Below are positions 9,222 to 18,552 of a stretch of DNA of 64,000 nt, piece by piece. The stretch is from Spirochaetota bacterium. Lineage in GTDB: Bacteria > Spirochaetota > UBA4802 > UBA5550. Position 1 is the first letter of the stretch. Every line of letters begins with the position of its first letter. Below the pieces are notes generated by a model, which was given only the letters and a program-made list of their open reading frames with translations, did not search any database and was not told the origin of the DNA. Position numbers and translations under genes: made by a program. The stretch is taken from contig OY760686.1 of assembly GCA_963663865.1 (NCBI GenBank), positions 896,001 through 960,000 on the forward strand, read 5' to 3'.

Positions 9222-10130
9222 ATGATGACTTATAAAAGGTCGGTATCGGTTTTCGTTGCCTTGGCCGTTATAACGGTTGCCGGCGTAACGGTTCCGCTGG
9301 CTGTTAATTCCAAGATAATAACCAACGTTGATGCTGATATCAGTGCTCAGGAGTTACGTGCAGTTGTTGTTGATGATTTTGAAAGTGGACAGGTTGCCGC
9401 TGATATTTCTGCGGACGGTTGGTTTATCAAATCAACCCCCAAGCAGTACAAAAATGCGGACACTGAAAAAAAATTAAAAAGAAAGAATCCTGTGCCGGTG
9501 TTACAGATGAAGTATATTACCGGCGGACCCAACGACATGGCGGTTGAGCAGTGGTCGCTCACCGGGCTCGGAATGAAAAAAGAAAAGTGCCTCGGAGTAA
9601 ACTTCAAATTCAGATATCCGGGTTTCAATTCTGTACACATGGTTGCTCCAAAAGAAGTTGACTGGCAGTCAAAAAAACCTGTTATGAGAAACAATCCGAG
9701 CACTGGCAAGGAGGAGCAGGAAAGAGGTATTCAGCTTCCGGGACAGGCAAGGGCAATATCATTGTGGGTTCACGGAAGAGGAAATCCCTATGACCTGGAG
9801 ATATGGGTCAAGGATTACAGGGGAGATACCTATATCCTTAAGGCTGGTTCAGTAAACTTTGTAGGATGGAGACCAATGAGGGTTGAGATACCTGTGAGTG
9901 TGCCGCAGTCTTATGAGTCTTATCCTCAGACAAGGGTGACCAAGCTGACAGAGATAGTACTCAGGGCTCAGATGGGCAAATCTGCCGAAGAGCTGACTGA
10001 GGATACTTTCTTTTTCTTTGATCAGATAAAGGTTCTTACTGACACTTATGAGGTTAACTTTGATGGTAGTGACCTTCATAAATTGTTTGAAAATGGCGGG
10101 GAACAACAGCAGCCTAAACCGCAGAATTGA
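9222..10130 (+). CDS. flaA: flagellar filament sheath protein FlaA (second paralogue)
   Basis: GGAGG SD; signal peptide; VDDFE, ISLWVHGR, KDYRG, NFVGWR and FFDQIKVLTD motifs. Confidence 0.9.
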   Translation: MMTYKRSVSVFVALAVITVAGVTVPLAVNSKIITNVDADISAQELRAVVVDDFESGQVAADISADGWFIKSTPKQYKNADTEKKLKRKNPVPVLQMKYITGGPNDMAVEQWSLTGLGMKKEKCLGVNFKFRYPGFNSVHMVAPKEVDWQSKKPVMRNNPSTGKEEQERGIQLPGQARAISLWVHGRGNPYDLEIWVKDYRGDTYILKAGSVNFVGWRPMRVEIPVSVPQSYESYPQTRVTKLTEIVLRAQMGKSAEELTEDTFFFFDQIKVLTDTYEVNFDGSDLHKLFENGGEQQQPKPQN

Positions 10131-10200
10131 GGTTGAGGGCGTAACTATTTCTCTGAAAGTTTTCCCAAAAAAATAAAATTCAGGCTGTTTTATTCTAATG

Positions 10201-10238
10201 AAATACCCATCAGAGCAAGGTGGGTATTTTTATATTTT
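10201..10238 (+). terminator. intrinsic terminator after the flaA pair
   Basis: AAATACCCATC-agagcaa-GGTGGGTATTT followed by a T-rich tract. Confidence 0.7.
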
Positions 10239-10354
10239 AAAGATATTCCAGATCCGGCTGATGATTACTGATCGAATATCTGAATGTTTTCAAAGCTCCA
10301 ATATTGATTATTTCTTTGTGAGGGCTATCACACTATAATATTTCCGGTGTTTTT

Positions 10355-13078
10355 ATGCCCGGAAGGGAAGGGACCATGGCTCAAGAAAAATTTATGAACA
10401 GACTAGAACTTCTTTTTAAAGAGGAACAGTGGGGAAGATTCGAGCCGCGCGACATTGGTATATCAAAGTTTAAGATTCTCGATGATCTTTTTAACTCGGC
10501 TGTTTCGGAAGGTAAAATAGACGAAGTGTATGAAGCCTGCAAGGCTCACATAGAAGAACATGAGGAGTCTATAACCGCGATTTATCTTATAGGGCTTACC
10601 GGGTATCACAGAGACAGAATTCAGGACTCGCTGCAGCTTAAAAAGCTGATTGATGTGTTCATGTCACATCAGAAGTGGGCAGTTGTCGAGCTCATTGCGG
10701 ATAAAATACTGGAGTTTGGTGAGAACAGCTTTGCTCTGAGGGCGCTTGCAGTGAGCCTTGAACGCCTGGGGCGTAACAGAGAAGCGATTCCAATACTCGA
10801 AAATCTTCTCAAAATTGATCGATTTGATACAGAGGTTGCTAAAAAACTCTCGCTTGCTGTCGTAAATGAAGACCAGGCAAAGAGTATTCATTACATGAAG
10901 CTTGCTATTGAGGGATTCGCGAAGAAAAAGGACTATGATGAAGTCGTTACACTGTGGAACAAGCTCATTCCACTTTCATGGTCAGAATTGAATTTTTTCG
11001 AAAGAATTGAAAGGACGCTTACGGACGCCAAACAGTATGACCTTGCCGCCGGTCTGATTAAATCGCTGTGGCATAAATACAGAGATGAAGAGATGGTGGA
11101 CGAGTCCATTGATCTTCTGAAGAAGATACTTGGTTACAGGCCTGATGATAACCAGGCCCGAAGGGACTTAATCAAGGCATACGGTCAGAAATACGGCAAT
11201 CATTCTCAGTATGAACAGTTTCTTCAGCTTTCCAAGCTTAATAACTACAAGGTACCTGTAAAATACGCAATTCAGGATTTTGAGAAGAATATTGTTTTTG
11301 ATGTCGGGAACTATGTTTTTCACAATTCCTGGAAGCTCGGGAAAATATCAGATATTGACAGCGAGTACATTGTTATAGACTTTAAGGACAAGGCTGCTCA
11401 CCGAATGGGCATTCAGATGGCGCTTCAGTCGCTTATGCCTGTATCTTCTGATCACCTCTACGTGGCTGAGTATGAGGACCAGGCGAATGTTGAGAAGATG
11501 TTCAGAGAGGATTTTCTGAATTTCTTTGAGATTCTTATCCGCTCATATAACGGTGAGATTAAACTTGCTGATATTAAACATGAACTTCTCGGCAAATACA
11601 TTGACGAGAAGGGATGGGCTAAATGGTGGACCCGTGCCAGGACATTAATCAAAAAAGACCCCAGATACGGGGTGTCTGAGAAAAGCAAGGACTTGATTTT
11701 CCTCAGAGATAAACCTGTAACATACGAGGATGATCTGCTTGATAAGTTCTCGAAGACAGATTCTTTTGCAGTAAGGCTTGGTATTGCGATTGAATTTGTA
11801 AATAATGTTAATACTGATAGCGAATCGCATGTTATAGATTTCTTTATTAATTATTTTTCTGAACAGGTCAAAGGGGCATCCACAACGAGGCTTGTACTGT
11901 CATATTTTATTCTGAAGGATATAAAGAATAACTTTAAATCAGGTAAAATCAAGCTTGAAACGACAATACACAAGGTTGAAGAGTTTATTAAAAATTCATC
12001 CGAGTTAAATCTGTTGTCAACAAAGATCACTTCCTATGACTATAAGAAGGACCTCGTTAACTTAATTGAGGAGACCAGAGACGATTGGCAGCTGGTATTG
12101 CTTGAGCTCCTCTTTGAATCACCAGTTAGAATTCACAGGTATATAATCAACAAGCTCATAAGGGCTCACGGATATAATACCATAAACACTTTTATCGACC
12201 GTATAATCGCAGGTTCGAAGCAGTATCCGGAGGTATTCTTCTGGGTAGCTAAAAATATTCTTACAAAGACGTGGGATTACGAGTGGATTGACTATTCAAG
12301 GGATACGCTTGTTACAACCTTCTTCAGATTGATGAGTGATCTCAAGCGTATAGAAACAGATGGTTCCAGGCTGAAAAACATGTCGATTGAAATTCTATTC
12401 GATAATGAAAGCGCGGTCCTTGGTGAGATGGTTAAGGATTCATCAGAGCTGTTGATAGGTAAGCTTTATGATCTTTTTCTACACATTCCTTTTATCGAGG
12501 AAGCACAGGCAGATAAATTCCTCGCTCTTATCAAGGAGAGATATCCATCTTTCAGTCTTGAACAGACTGAAAAGGCGGAAGACTTCAAAGTTATTGAGGA
12601 AAAGCTTATTGCAACAAAAGAAGGCTATGAGAAGAAAAAAGCCGAACTTGAGAGGATGAAGAAGGTTGAGATGGCGGCGCTTTCAAAAGAGCTCGCAAGA
12701 GTAGCAGAGGTCTCAGCTGATGTTCGCGATAATACTGATTATAATGCGCTGCTCGAAAAACAGTCCGTTTTGCAGCTTGCAATATCCAAGCTGGACGAGG
12801 AGATGAAAGATGTAACAATTCTTGATCTGGAAACTGTTGGAACTGATTCGGTTAACATCGGGAACAGCGTCACTGTTGAAAACAGGGACACCGGCGAAAT
12901 CAGGGAGTATGTCGTCATTGGGCCATGGGATGCGGATTTTGAAAAGGGTATTCTTTCTTACAGATCACCAATTGCAAGAGCGTTTCTGGGGAAGAAGCTT
13001 GGAGAAGAGTTTAATATGAAGATTGATGATGTTGATACGACTTTCATAGTTAAAAGGATTGAAAAATATCATCAGTAA
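10355..13078 (+). CDS. greA: large spirochaete-type transcription elongation factor GreA (TPR-like N-terminus, C-terminal Gre domain)
   Basis: C-terminal ATKEGY..ADVRDNTDY..IGPWDAD..GILSYRSPIARAFLGKK; about 740-aa helical N-terminal extension; start may be MAQEK. Confidence 0.9.
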   Translation: MPGREGTMAQEKFMNRLELLFKEEQWGRFEPRDIGISKFKILDDLFNSAVSEGKIDEVYEACKAHIEEHEESITAIYLIGLTGYHRDRIQDSLQLKKLIDVFMSHQKWAVVELIADKILEFGENSFALRALAVSLERLGRNREAIPILENLLKIDRFDTEVAKKLSLAVVNEDQAKSIHYMKLAIEGFAKKKDYDEVVTLWNKLIPLSWSELNFFERIERTLTDAKQYDLAAGLIKSLWHKYRDEEMVDESIDLLKKILGYRPDDNQARRDLIKAYGQKYGNHSQYEQFLQLSKLNNYKVPVKYAIQDFEKNIVFDVGNYVFHNSWKLGKISDIDSEYIVIDFKDKAAHRMGIQMALQSLMPVSSDHLYVAEYEDQANVEKMFREDFLNFFEILIRSYNGEIKLADIKHELLGKYIDEKGWAKWWTRARTLIKKDPRYGVSEKSKDLIFLRDKPVTYEDDLLDKFSKTDSFAVRLGIAIEFVNNVNTDSESHVIDFFINYFSEQVKGASTTRLVLSYFILKDIKNNFKSGKIKLETTIHKVEEFIKNSSELNLLSTKITSYDYKKDLVNLIEETRDDWQLVLLELLFESPVRIHRYIINKLIRAHGYNTINTFIDRIIAGSKQYPEVFFWVAKNILTKTWDYEWIDYSRDTLVTTFFRLMSDLKRIETDGSRLKNMSIEILFDNESAVLGEMVKDSSELLIGKLYDLFLHIPFIEEAQADKFLALIKERYPSFSLEQTEKAEDFKVIEEKLIATKEGYEKKKAELERMKKVEMAALSKELARVAEVSADVRDNTDYNALLEKQSVLQLAISKLDEEMKDVTILDLETVGTDSVNIGNSVTVENRDTGEIREYVVIGPWDADFEKGILSYRSPIARAFLGKKLGEEFNMKIDDVDTTFIVKRIEKYHQ

Positions 13079-13179
13079 AAAATTGATTGCGGACCAATAA
13101 GCGTTTAACGGGCCTACGGCAGGGGAGCGCTTATTGGGTCAGGATTTGGTAGAATGGCTGAATACAGTCCGAATATTTA

Positions 13180-13230
13180 TCCGGCAGCTGCCGGAAAATA
13201 ATTTGACAAAAATGCCGCAGCATTTAGCCT
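13180..13230 (+). promoter_or_regulatory. tRNA promoter with an upstream 16-bp palindrome
   Basis: TCCGGCAGCTGCCGGA (13180-13195), TTGACA (13203-13208), TAGCCT (13225-13230). Confidence 0.5.
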
Positions 13231-13242
13231 GATAAACCTAAA

Positions 13243-13326
13243 GCCGCGATGGTGAAATTGGTAGACACGCTAGGTTCAGGGTCTAGTGGGCGTACGCCTG
13301 TGAGGGTTCGAATCCCTCTCGCGGCA
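13243..13326 (+). tRNA. tRNA-Leu (CAG)
   Basis: Acceptor GCCGCGA/TCGCGGC, anticodon arm CTAGG-TTCAGGG-TCTAG, long variable arm, GGTTCGAATCC T-loop; CCA not encoded. Confidence 0.97.
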
Positions 13327-13444
13327 GTTTATATCCCCCCTTATATTATTAAACTGACAAACTCCAAAAAGACTAATTGTTTTAGCATTATGTCCGATTA
13401 CTATAATAAGCTGATGTGCAAGTTTTGTCAGGAAGGTAAAGGAC

Positions 13445-13864
13445 ATGTTTGAAAGTAATCATATTGCCGGTGTGCGGAATGATGTAATAAGCTCGATAAA
13501 GGAGAGGGTGAAGTCTATAATGATGTCTAACTCCGAAGAGCCCGTCTATCTTGACGGAATTGCTGTTAAAGCGCCTCTCAGCTATGGTAATGGGATTCCG
13601 GTCACGGTAAAGCTGAACAGTATTTTCTGTGATGACGCAGATCTTTTATGTGCCGACATAATAGGCGATGTATCATCATATAACAGCGGCGTTATTTTCG
13701 GCTGTGTGATTGAAGAAATGAGGATTGAGGAGCTGGAAAAAATTATATGCTATCTCAATTCAGAATATCCTGTTTGTGAAAGGAAACAGAATACTGGCAG
13801 ATTTATCAGACGCAGACCATTTTCTATGCTCAGGAACGAAGGACAGTTCCAGGAAGCTCATTGA
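13445..13864 (+). CDS. hypothetical protein
   Basis: 139-aa ORF with a purine-rich SD-like region, directly downstream of tRNA-Leu. Confidence 0.7.
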   Translation: MFESNHIAGVRNDVISSIKERVKSIMMSNSEEPVYLDGIAVKAPLSYGNGIPVTVKLNSIFCDDADLLCADIIGDVSSYNSGVIFGCVIEEMRIEELEKIICYLNSEYPVCERKQNTGRFIRRRPFSMLRNEGQFQEAH

Positions 13865-13886
13865 AAGCGAGGGTCACGTCATTATT

Positions 13887-14258
13887 ATGAACACTTTTAG
13901 TAACAAGAAGGACGCTGTTGATGAATTCATGACTTATATTGAAAACGAATACCTGGAGCTCGAAGGAAAGATTTTTAAGTTACTTGTTAATCTCATGTCA
14001 CTCATGCAGGTAAACACCTTCGAACTTAGCGTTCCTGTGGATGGAGTTACGGATGAGGGGAGAGTGTCTGCGGTCTGCAACGGCATATATTACGACTCTG
14101 AAGTCGACCTTGTGAGGATCGCTATTGATGATGGGGCCGTCCTTGAATGGAGACAACTTGGCCTGGACTCAAAGCTTTTCGTTGTGAGCGAACTTTATCA
14201 TGTATATTGTTCTCAAAGACATTATCGTGATCTCTCAGGTAATGTCCTTGAGAACTGA
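13887..14258 (+). CDS. hypothetical protein, possible paralogue of the preceding ORF
   Basis: Likely start MNTFSNKK at 13887, which avoids overlap; acidic 123 aa. Confidence 0.7.
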   Translation: MNTFSNKKDAVDEFMTYIENEYLELEGKIFKLLVNLMSLMQVNTFELSVPVDGVTDEGRVSAVCNGIYYDSEVDLVRIAIDDGAVLEWRQLGLDSKLFVVSELYHVYCSQRHYRDLSGNVLEN

Positions 14259-14265
14259 TTGTTTA

Positions 14266-14796
14266 TTACTTAATGGCTTTCTTTATTGAAGATATTGCTT
14301 TTGCGATTTCTGAGCTGCTCATTTTACCGCGGTGCATGTAAATGATCTTTCCGCTCTTATCAACGACTATACAGACTGAAAGCCCATTGCAGTTTCCGAG
14401 ATGCCACTTTGTCTTCAGTATGTAATCCGGATCAGTTAGTATTACGGAATTGAACTTCTTTTCTTTTCCCCGGATGATTTTTCGGATGAGCATGTTAGGC
14501 TTCCAGGGGGCATCTTTCAGATTCGCTATACCTAATCCTCTGTATTGTGTTTTAGGAAAGTTTTCCTTCTTAAACGCCTCGGCGGCTGTATCATTCTGGT
14601 CGGCAACATCAGGGTCCGTATAGAAAATGGCTAGAACCTTTTTGCCGAAATCAGGTATCATGGCGGGTTTATCGCTGCTGTCACGGAGCTGAACCTGCTG
14701 AACTGTCTCCGCGGCCGATAAATCTGAGACGCATAAAACCGCTAATGTTAAAAGGGCTGAAAGGGAGAATGCAAATGTTTTGTTCATAGTATCCAT
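14266..14796 (-). CDS. YtfJ-family exported thioredoxin-like protein
   Basis: Signal peptide; GKKVLAIFYTDPD, IANLKDA and IVVDKSGKI patterns; no CxxC. Confidence 0.7.
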   Translation of the reverse strand: MDTMNKTFAFSLSALLTLAVLCVSDLSAAETVQQVQLRDSSDKPAMIPDFGKKVLAIFYTDPDVADQNDTAAEAFKKENFPKTQYRGLGIANLKDAPWKPNMLIRKIIRGKEKKFNSVILTDPDYILKTKWHLGNCNGLSVCIVVDKSGKIIYMHRGKMSSSEIAKAISSIKKAIK

Positions 14797-14877
14797 CCGG
14801 TTAGTTTATTAAGTACAATGCCTTTTCAAGAACATTGTATTACATGTAAACAATATTCGGAATATGTCCAGTAATTA

Positions 14878-15630
14878 TTATGTGAGGCTGTCCCATATAA
14901 GCTGACTGCCGTCAATTACAGGCCCGTCTTTGCAGGCCCGTTTCTGGCCCGATTTTGTTTCAACAGTGCAGCCGGAGCAGATTCCAAAACCGCATCCGAA
15001 GTAGTTTTCAAGTGAGACTTCAACCGGCGCGAAGTCTTCTGCCGATTGAGCTACGGCGCGCATCATGGGCGTTGGACCGCATGTATATATCCTTTTAAAT
15101 TTTTGTTTGTTAAGAATATCGGGCATTATTTCGGTGGCAAATCCTCTGGTTCCTGCAGAACCGTCATCTGTCATGAGATGGAATGATAAGGATGCGTCCC
15201 GGTATTTGTCTTCACAGTAAATATATCGTGAAGATCTTGAACAGTATATGTAAGTAATGGAGCAACCTCTTTGACGAAGCTCTTCTGACAGGTAAAACAA
15301 GGGTGCGTTTCCGACACCTCCGCCGACGATAAGTACATTCCCTCCTTTTTCGATTGTGAACCCGTTGCCGAAGGGGCCTATAATATCAATGGGGCCCGGT
15401 TCGGTATTAACGATTAAATCAGTCCCTTTTCCAATACGCTGTACTATAAGTTCAAGTATTTTGTCATAGTAGTTAAAAATTGAAAATGGACGTCTGAGAA
15501 GAGGATCAAGGTTATTACCCGCCTTTATACTGACAAACTGACCTGGCTGCGGTTTTGGACAGTCAGATTTTATCCTTAACAGGAAGTGGTTTTCTGAAAC
15601 TGGTAAAGGCTTTTCGAGCAGCTCAGGCAT
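14878..15630 (-). CDS. pyrK: dihydroorotate dehydrogenase electron-transfer subunit (FNR-like, 2Fe-2S)
   Basis: PGQFV, LRRPFS, GPFGNGF, GGGVG, CGPTPM, CGFGICSGC..CKDGPV. Confidence 0.9.
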   Translation of the reverse strand: MPELLEKPLPVSENHFLLRIKSDCPKPQPGQFVSIKAGNNLDPLLRRPFSIFNYYDKILELIVQRIGKGTDLIVNTEPGPIDIIGPFGNGFTIEKGGNVLIVGGGVGNAPLFYLSEELRQRGCSITYIYCSRSSRYIYCEDKYRDASLSFHLMTDDGSAGTRGFATEIMPDILNKQKFKRIYTCGPTPMMRAVAQSAEDFAPVEVSLENYFGCGFGICSGCTVETKSGQKRACKDGPVIDGSQLIWDSLT

Positions 15631-16211
15631 TATATATCTCCATTATTAGTAATTATCAGTTTGATCGCGGCCAGTTCTGTGTATACGGGGCCTTCAGGTT
15701 TTAGTTCTGAACTGAAGAGAGATATTCTGTCAAACAAATCTTGTCCAAAGTTTATCTCCTTGTGAGACTCAACATACTGAAACAGGGCCTTCGGCGGACA
15801 GGCTCCCTTTCTGATTCTCGCTAGAGTAATATGGGGGTGAAATTTGCGGTTGATTTGGTTTTCATCAGTGCCAATCAGGGAGTCAACCAGTTTGAGGGCC
15901 GTTTCAATTTTTGAAAAATCTCCATGAAGCCCGCACCAGATTACAGAGAGTCCTTCAGAGCCAGAAAATGAGCCAAGACCACGGAGTCTACATGGGACTT
16001 GAAGGTCAAAATCGCCCCGGCTGTTGAAGAGTTCGGAAAGCCTGTCAGCGTCGTGTACTGAAACATCTCCAAGGAATCTGAGGGTTAGATGGAGATTGGA
16101 CGGGGCGACTTGCTTTACCTGTCTGTATATTGAGTGCAGTTTGCTTGTCTGTTCGGAGAGATTGCTTTTAAGGGACTGCGGGAGCGGCATCGCCGTGAAT
16201 AATCTTGGCAT
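15630..16211 (-). CDS. thpR: RNA 2',3'-cyclic phosphodiesterase (2H family)
   Basis: Start MPRLFTA; HLTLRFLG and FHPHITLAR 2H motifs; SELKPEGPVY. Confidence 0.9.
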   Translation of the reverse strand: MPRLFTAMPLPQSLKSNLSEQTSKLHSIYRQVKQVAPSNLHLTLRFLGDVSVHDADRLSELFNSRGDFDLQVPCRLRGLGSFSGSEGLSVIWCGLHGDFSKIETALKLVDSLIGTDENQINRKFHPHITLARIRKGACPPKALFQYVESHKEINFGQDLFDRISLFSSELKPEGPVYTELAAIKLIITNNGDI

Positions 16212-16215
16212 GAAA

Positions 16216-16503
16216 TTACTCGATAATTTTTGGAACCACGAAATGTCCATCCTCAAATGCCGGAGCTGTCTCTGCTATCTGCTCAACAGTGAAGGTTTTA
16301 ACTGCCACGTCATCTCTGAAAACACTTTTCTGGTCAGCAATGTGATCGAGAGGTTTAACGTCTGAGGTATCAAGCTCGCTGATCTTATCAACATAGTTCA
16401 AAATGTCTGAAAGCTGCATCGTGAATTCAGATATCTCTGAATCTGAAAGCTGGAGCCTGGCAAGGGTTGATACTCTGTCTATAGTATTTTTGTCAAATTT
16501 CAT
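16216..16503 (-). CDS. gatC: Asp/Glu-tRNA amidotransferase subunit C
   Basis: Start MKFDK at 16503; LARL..ILNYVDKISELDT..P..FRDD..AP..EDGHFVVPKII. Confidence 0.93.
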   Translation of the reverse strand: MKFDKNTIDRVSTLARLQLSDSEISEFTMQLSDILNYVDKISELDTSDVKPLDHIADQKSVFRDDVAVKTFTVEQIAETAPAFEDGHFVVPKIIE

Positions 16504-16537
16504 TGTTCTTGTCCTTTTACAGTGTCTGAGATGGAAA

Positions 16538-17233
16538 TTACTTGTAAATACTGTTTTCCGGTAAGGTGAAAAAATCGCCATCAACTCTATACTCGTATTC
16601 AGCCATATCAAATGCAATGATTTTTTCAACTCCGGCGAGCGAGACGGTAAAATTAATTTTATACCTTTTATCAGGAGTCTGGTGTCTTTTGAATGCTGCA
16701 ATTCTAATAATGGTGTCATCAGGAAGAATAAAACCGGCATTGTAAGGTATGGTGCTGGCAGCGAGATCGGTTGAACCGTCAGGCGGTTCCGCTGAAAGAA
16801 GTCTCCTCTGAGAAAAAAGCTTTTTGAAATCGACCCCGTACCCTCGATACATTATTTGATGAGTATCGGCGCTGAGCATTTTTTCAATATGCTTCCCATA
16901 TATAGATGAGCCGTCCTTCAGATAAAAAGGCCTGTTCCAGGTGTTTTTTACAGATATTACAAAGAAATTCAAATCCGGTATGAAGAGGCCGCCTGGCTGA
17001 CTGATTTCGGGTTTAATGCCGAAATCATGGATAATTTTCTCCAGTCTTTGGGGTGTTATCCATGATATAGTGATGTCACAGTAAACCGATCTTATGGTTG
17101 AGGTGTGTCTGTCAATTCTTTCAACTGACGGGCTGTCAGGTGCCGCATGATATCTGTAGAAGCCGGATGAATAGGCACAGTTGAGAAAAAGGAGCAGCGA
17201 AAGTAAAGCTGGAATATGCGGATATGCTTTCAT
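16538..17233 (-). CDS. hypothetical lipoprotein
   Basis: Signal peptide ending LFLN-C; in a co-directional gene run. Confidence 0.7.
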   Translation of the reverse strand: MKAYPHIPALLSLLLFLNCAYSSGFYRYHAAPDSPSVERIDRHTSTIRSVYCDITISWITPQRLEKIIHDFGIKPEISQPGGLFIPDLNFFVISVKNTWNRPFYLKDGSSIYGKHIEKMLSADTHQIMYRGYGVDFKKLFSQRRLLSAEPPDGSTDLAASTIPYNAGFILPDDTIIRIAAFKRHQTPDKRYKINFTVSLAGVEKIIAFDMAEYEYRVDGDFFTLPENSIYK

Positions 17234-17238
17234 AAAGC

Positions 17239-18324
17239 TTACCTTACCTGGTGAGGGTTCCGCGTAATTTCTTCGGTGAACCGTTTTAAGTCGGCTTCCG
17301 GGTCAGATGAATCCGATTTAATCCGTTTAAGCACATCAAAAGTCTTCTTGAGACTTTCTCCGCATGCCTGATGCAGGCGTTCAAACTTTGCCAGATCCTT
17401 TCCGTAATGAATGAAGGAAAGAATGAAGGCGTTGTTCCAATCATATTCGATAAAGCGCCTGTATCCGGGCGCTTCAGAGGCAATGTTCCTGATAAAAAGA
17501 GCTTTGCCGTCATTGATAATTTTTTTCTTCTGAGAGAGCTTATTGTTTATGTCGATTTCGGATGCGTATAGCGAATCCAAATCCGTGTAGAGTTTTCTGA
17601 AAAAAGCATAAAACTTTTCACTGCTTCTGTTTGAGCGCTCAGCTGCCAGAAATAACTTACTTTTGGCCCCGTATTTTTTTGAAAGAAAGAGCTTTGCCCC
17701 TTCATGGCCTGAAAATGTCGCGAGCTCTTCGTTAAAACGAATCTTGTTCTTGATAAACAGCGTCGTGTGAGTCTGTTCGTGAATGATCAGAGAGGCGAGG
17801 TTGTAGGGAGAATAATCTTCCATGTATGAAAAAAGCGGGTCAGAGAGGATGCCAAGCGAGCTGAAAGCCCTGACCTTCCTGATGTAAACATCATACCCAT
17901 TATTTTTTAGCGACGCTGCCTCTTGTTCTGCGTCCTCTTTGCTGAAATAGGCTCTGTAGGGGAAGCTTCCGAAAATCGGATAGCTCCAGCGTCTGGCTGA
18001 AAATGAATCGCTTTTGCATGCGGTAAGCAAATAGTGTAGAAAATTTCTATCCATCTTTACGTATGACGTATAATTCGAATTTTCAATTAATCCAATCTCG
18101 CTGAAGGCGAAATTTCTTATCTCATTCACTAATTCTATAAATTCTCTTGTTTTGGTTGGGGTGGATTTTGACTTCAGAAGTTCGTTGTTGTTGCGTGCCG
18201 CCAGCATGTACGAAGCGATATGCCATCCCTGTTTTAAAAGATATCTGGATGAATAGAGAAGCAGCACAATGATTATTAACAGAGCGATAATGGTGAGCTT
18301 TTTAAAGTTAATCGTTTCTGGCAT
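17239..18324 (-). CDS. putative zinc aminopeptidase (Aminopep / DUF2265-like)
   Basis: Likely start MPETINF; WSYPIFGSFPY, AFSSLG..SDP, HEQTH (HExxH) and downstream FNEELATF. Confidence 0.85.
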   Translation of the reverse strand: MPETINFKKLTIIALLIIIVLLLYSSRYLLKQGWHIASYMLAARNNNELLKSKSTPTKTREFIELVNEIRNFAFSEIGLIENSNYTSYVKMDRNFLHYLLTACKSDSFSARRWSYPIFGSFPYRAYFSKEDAEQEAASLKNNGYDVYIRKVRAFSSLGILSDPLFSYMEDYSPYNLASLIIHEQTHTTLFIKNKIRFNEELATFSGHEGAKLFLSKKYGAKSKLFLAAERSNRSSEKFYAFFRKLYTDLDSLYASEIDINNKLSQKKKIINDGKALFIRNIASEAPGYRRFIEYDWNNAFILSFIHYGKDLAKFERLHQACGESLKKTFDVLKRIKSDSSDPEADLKRFTEEITRNPHQVR

Positions 18325-18517
18325 TTCATTCCCTAATTGGATTCTCAGCTTTAATAATACTTTTTCCGGCGGTGTTAATCCATAAACAATCCGATTAAAC
18401 GGGTATTGTACGAGTTTAATCGGCATCTGCTGTAAGCTGCCTGCTGTATCAGATATACATTTATTATAAATCGTTAAAGCTATGTCAAACAGTTTGCGAA
18501 ACCTCCCTGTAAAGATG

Positions 18518-18546
18518 TTGACGAAAAGCTGTCGCGCTGCCAGAAT
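18518..18546 (+). promoter_or_regulatory. sigma70 promoter abutting the start codon (leaderless candidate)
   Basis: TTGACG-17-CAGAAT; ATG 6 nt later; no SD. Confidence 0.5.
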
Positions 18547-18552
18547 TATACT

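Noticed and set aside
13249-13452. 67-aa ORF in the track
   Set aside because: It overlaps the tRNA-Leu gene; spurious
13243-14258. Integrative element at tRNA-Leu(CAG)
   Set aside because: No integrase and no duplicated tRNA 3' end seen in the window
16504-16740. N-terminally extended GatC (174 aa in the track)
   Set aside because: The extension overlaps the upstream lipoprotein gene; GatC similarity starts at ATG 16503
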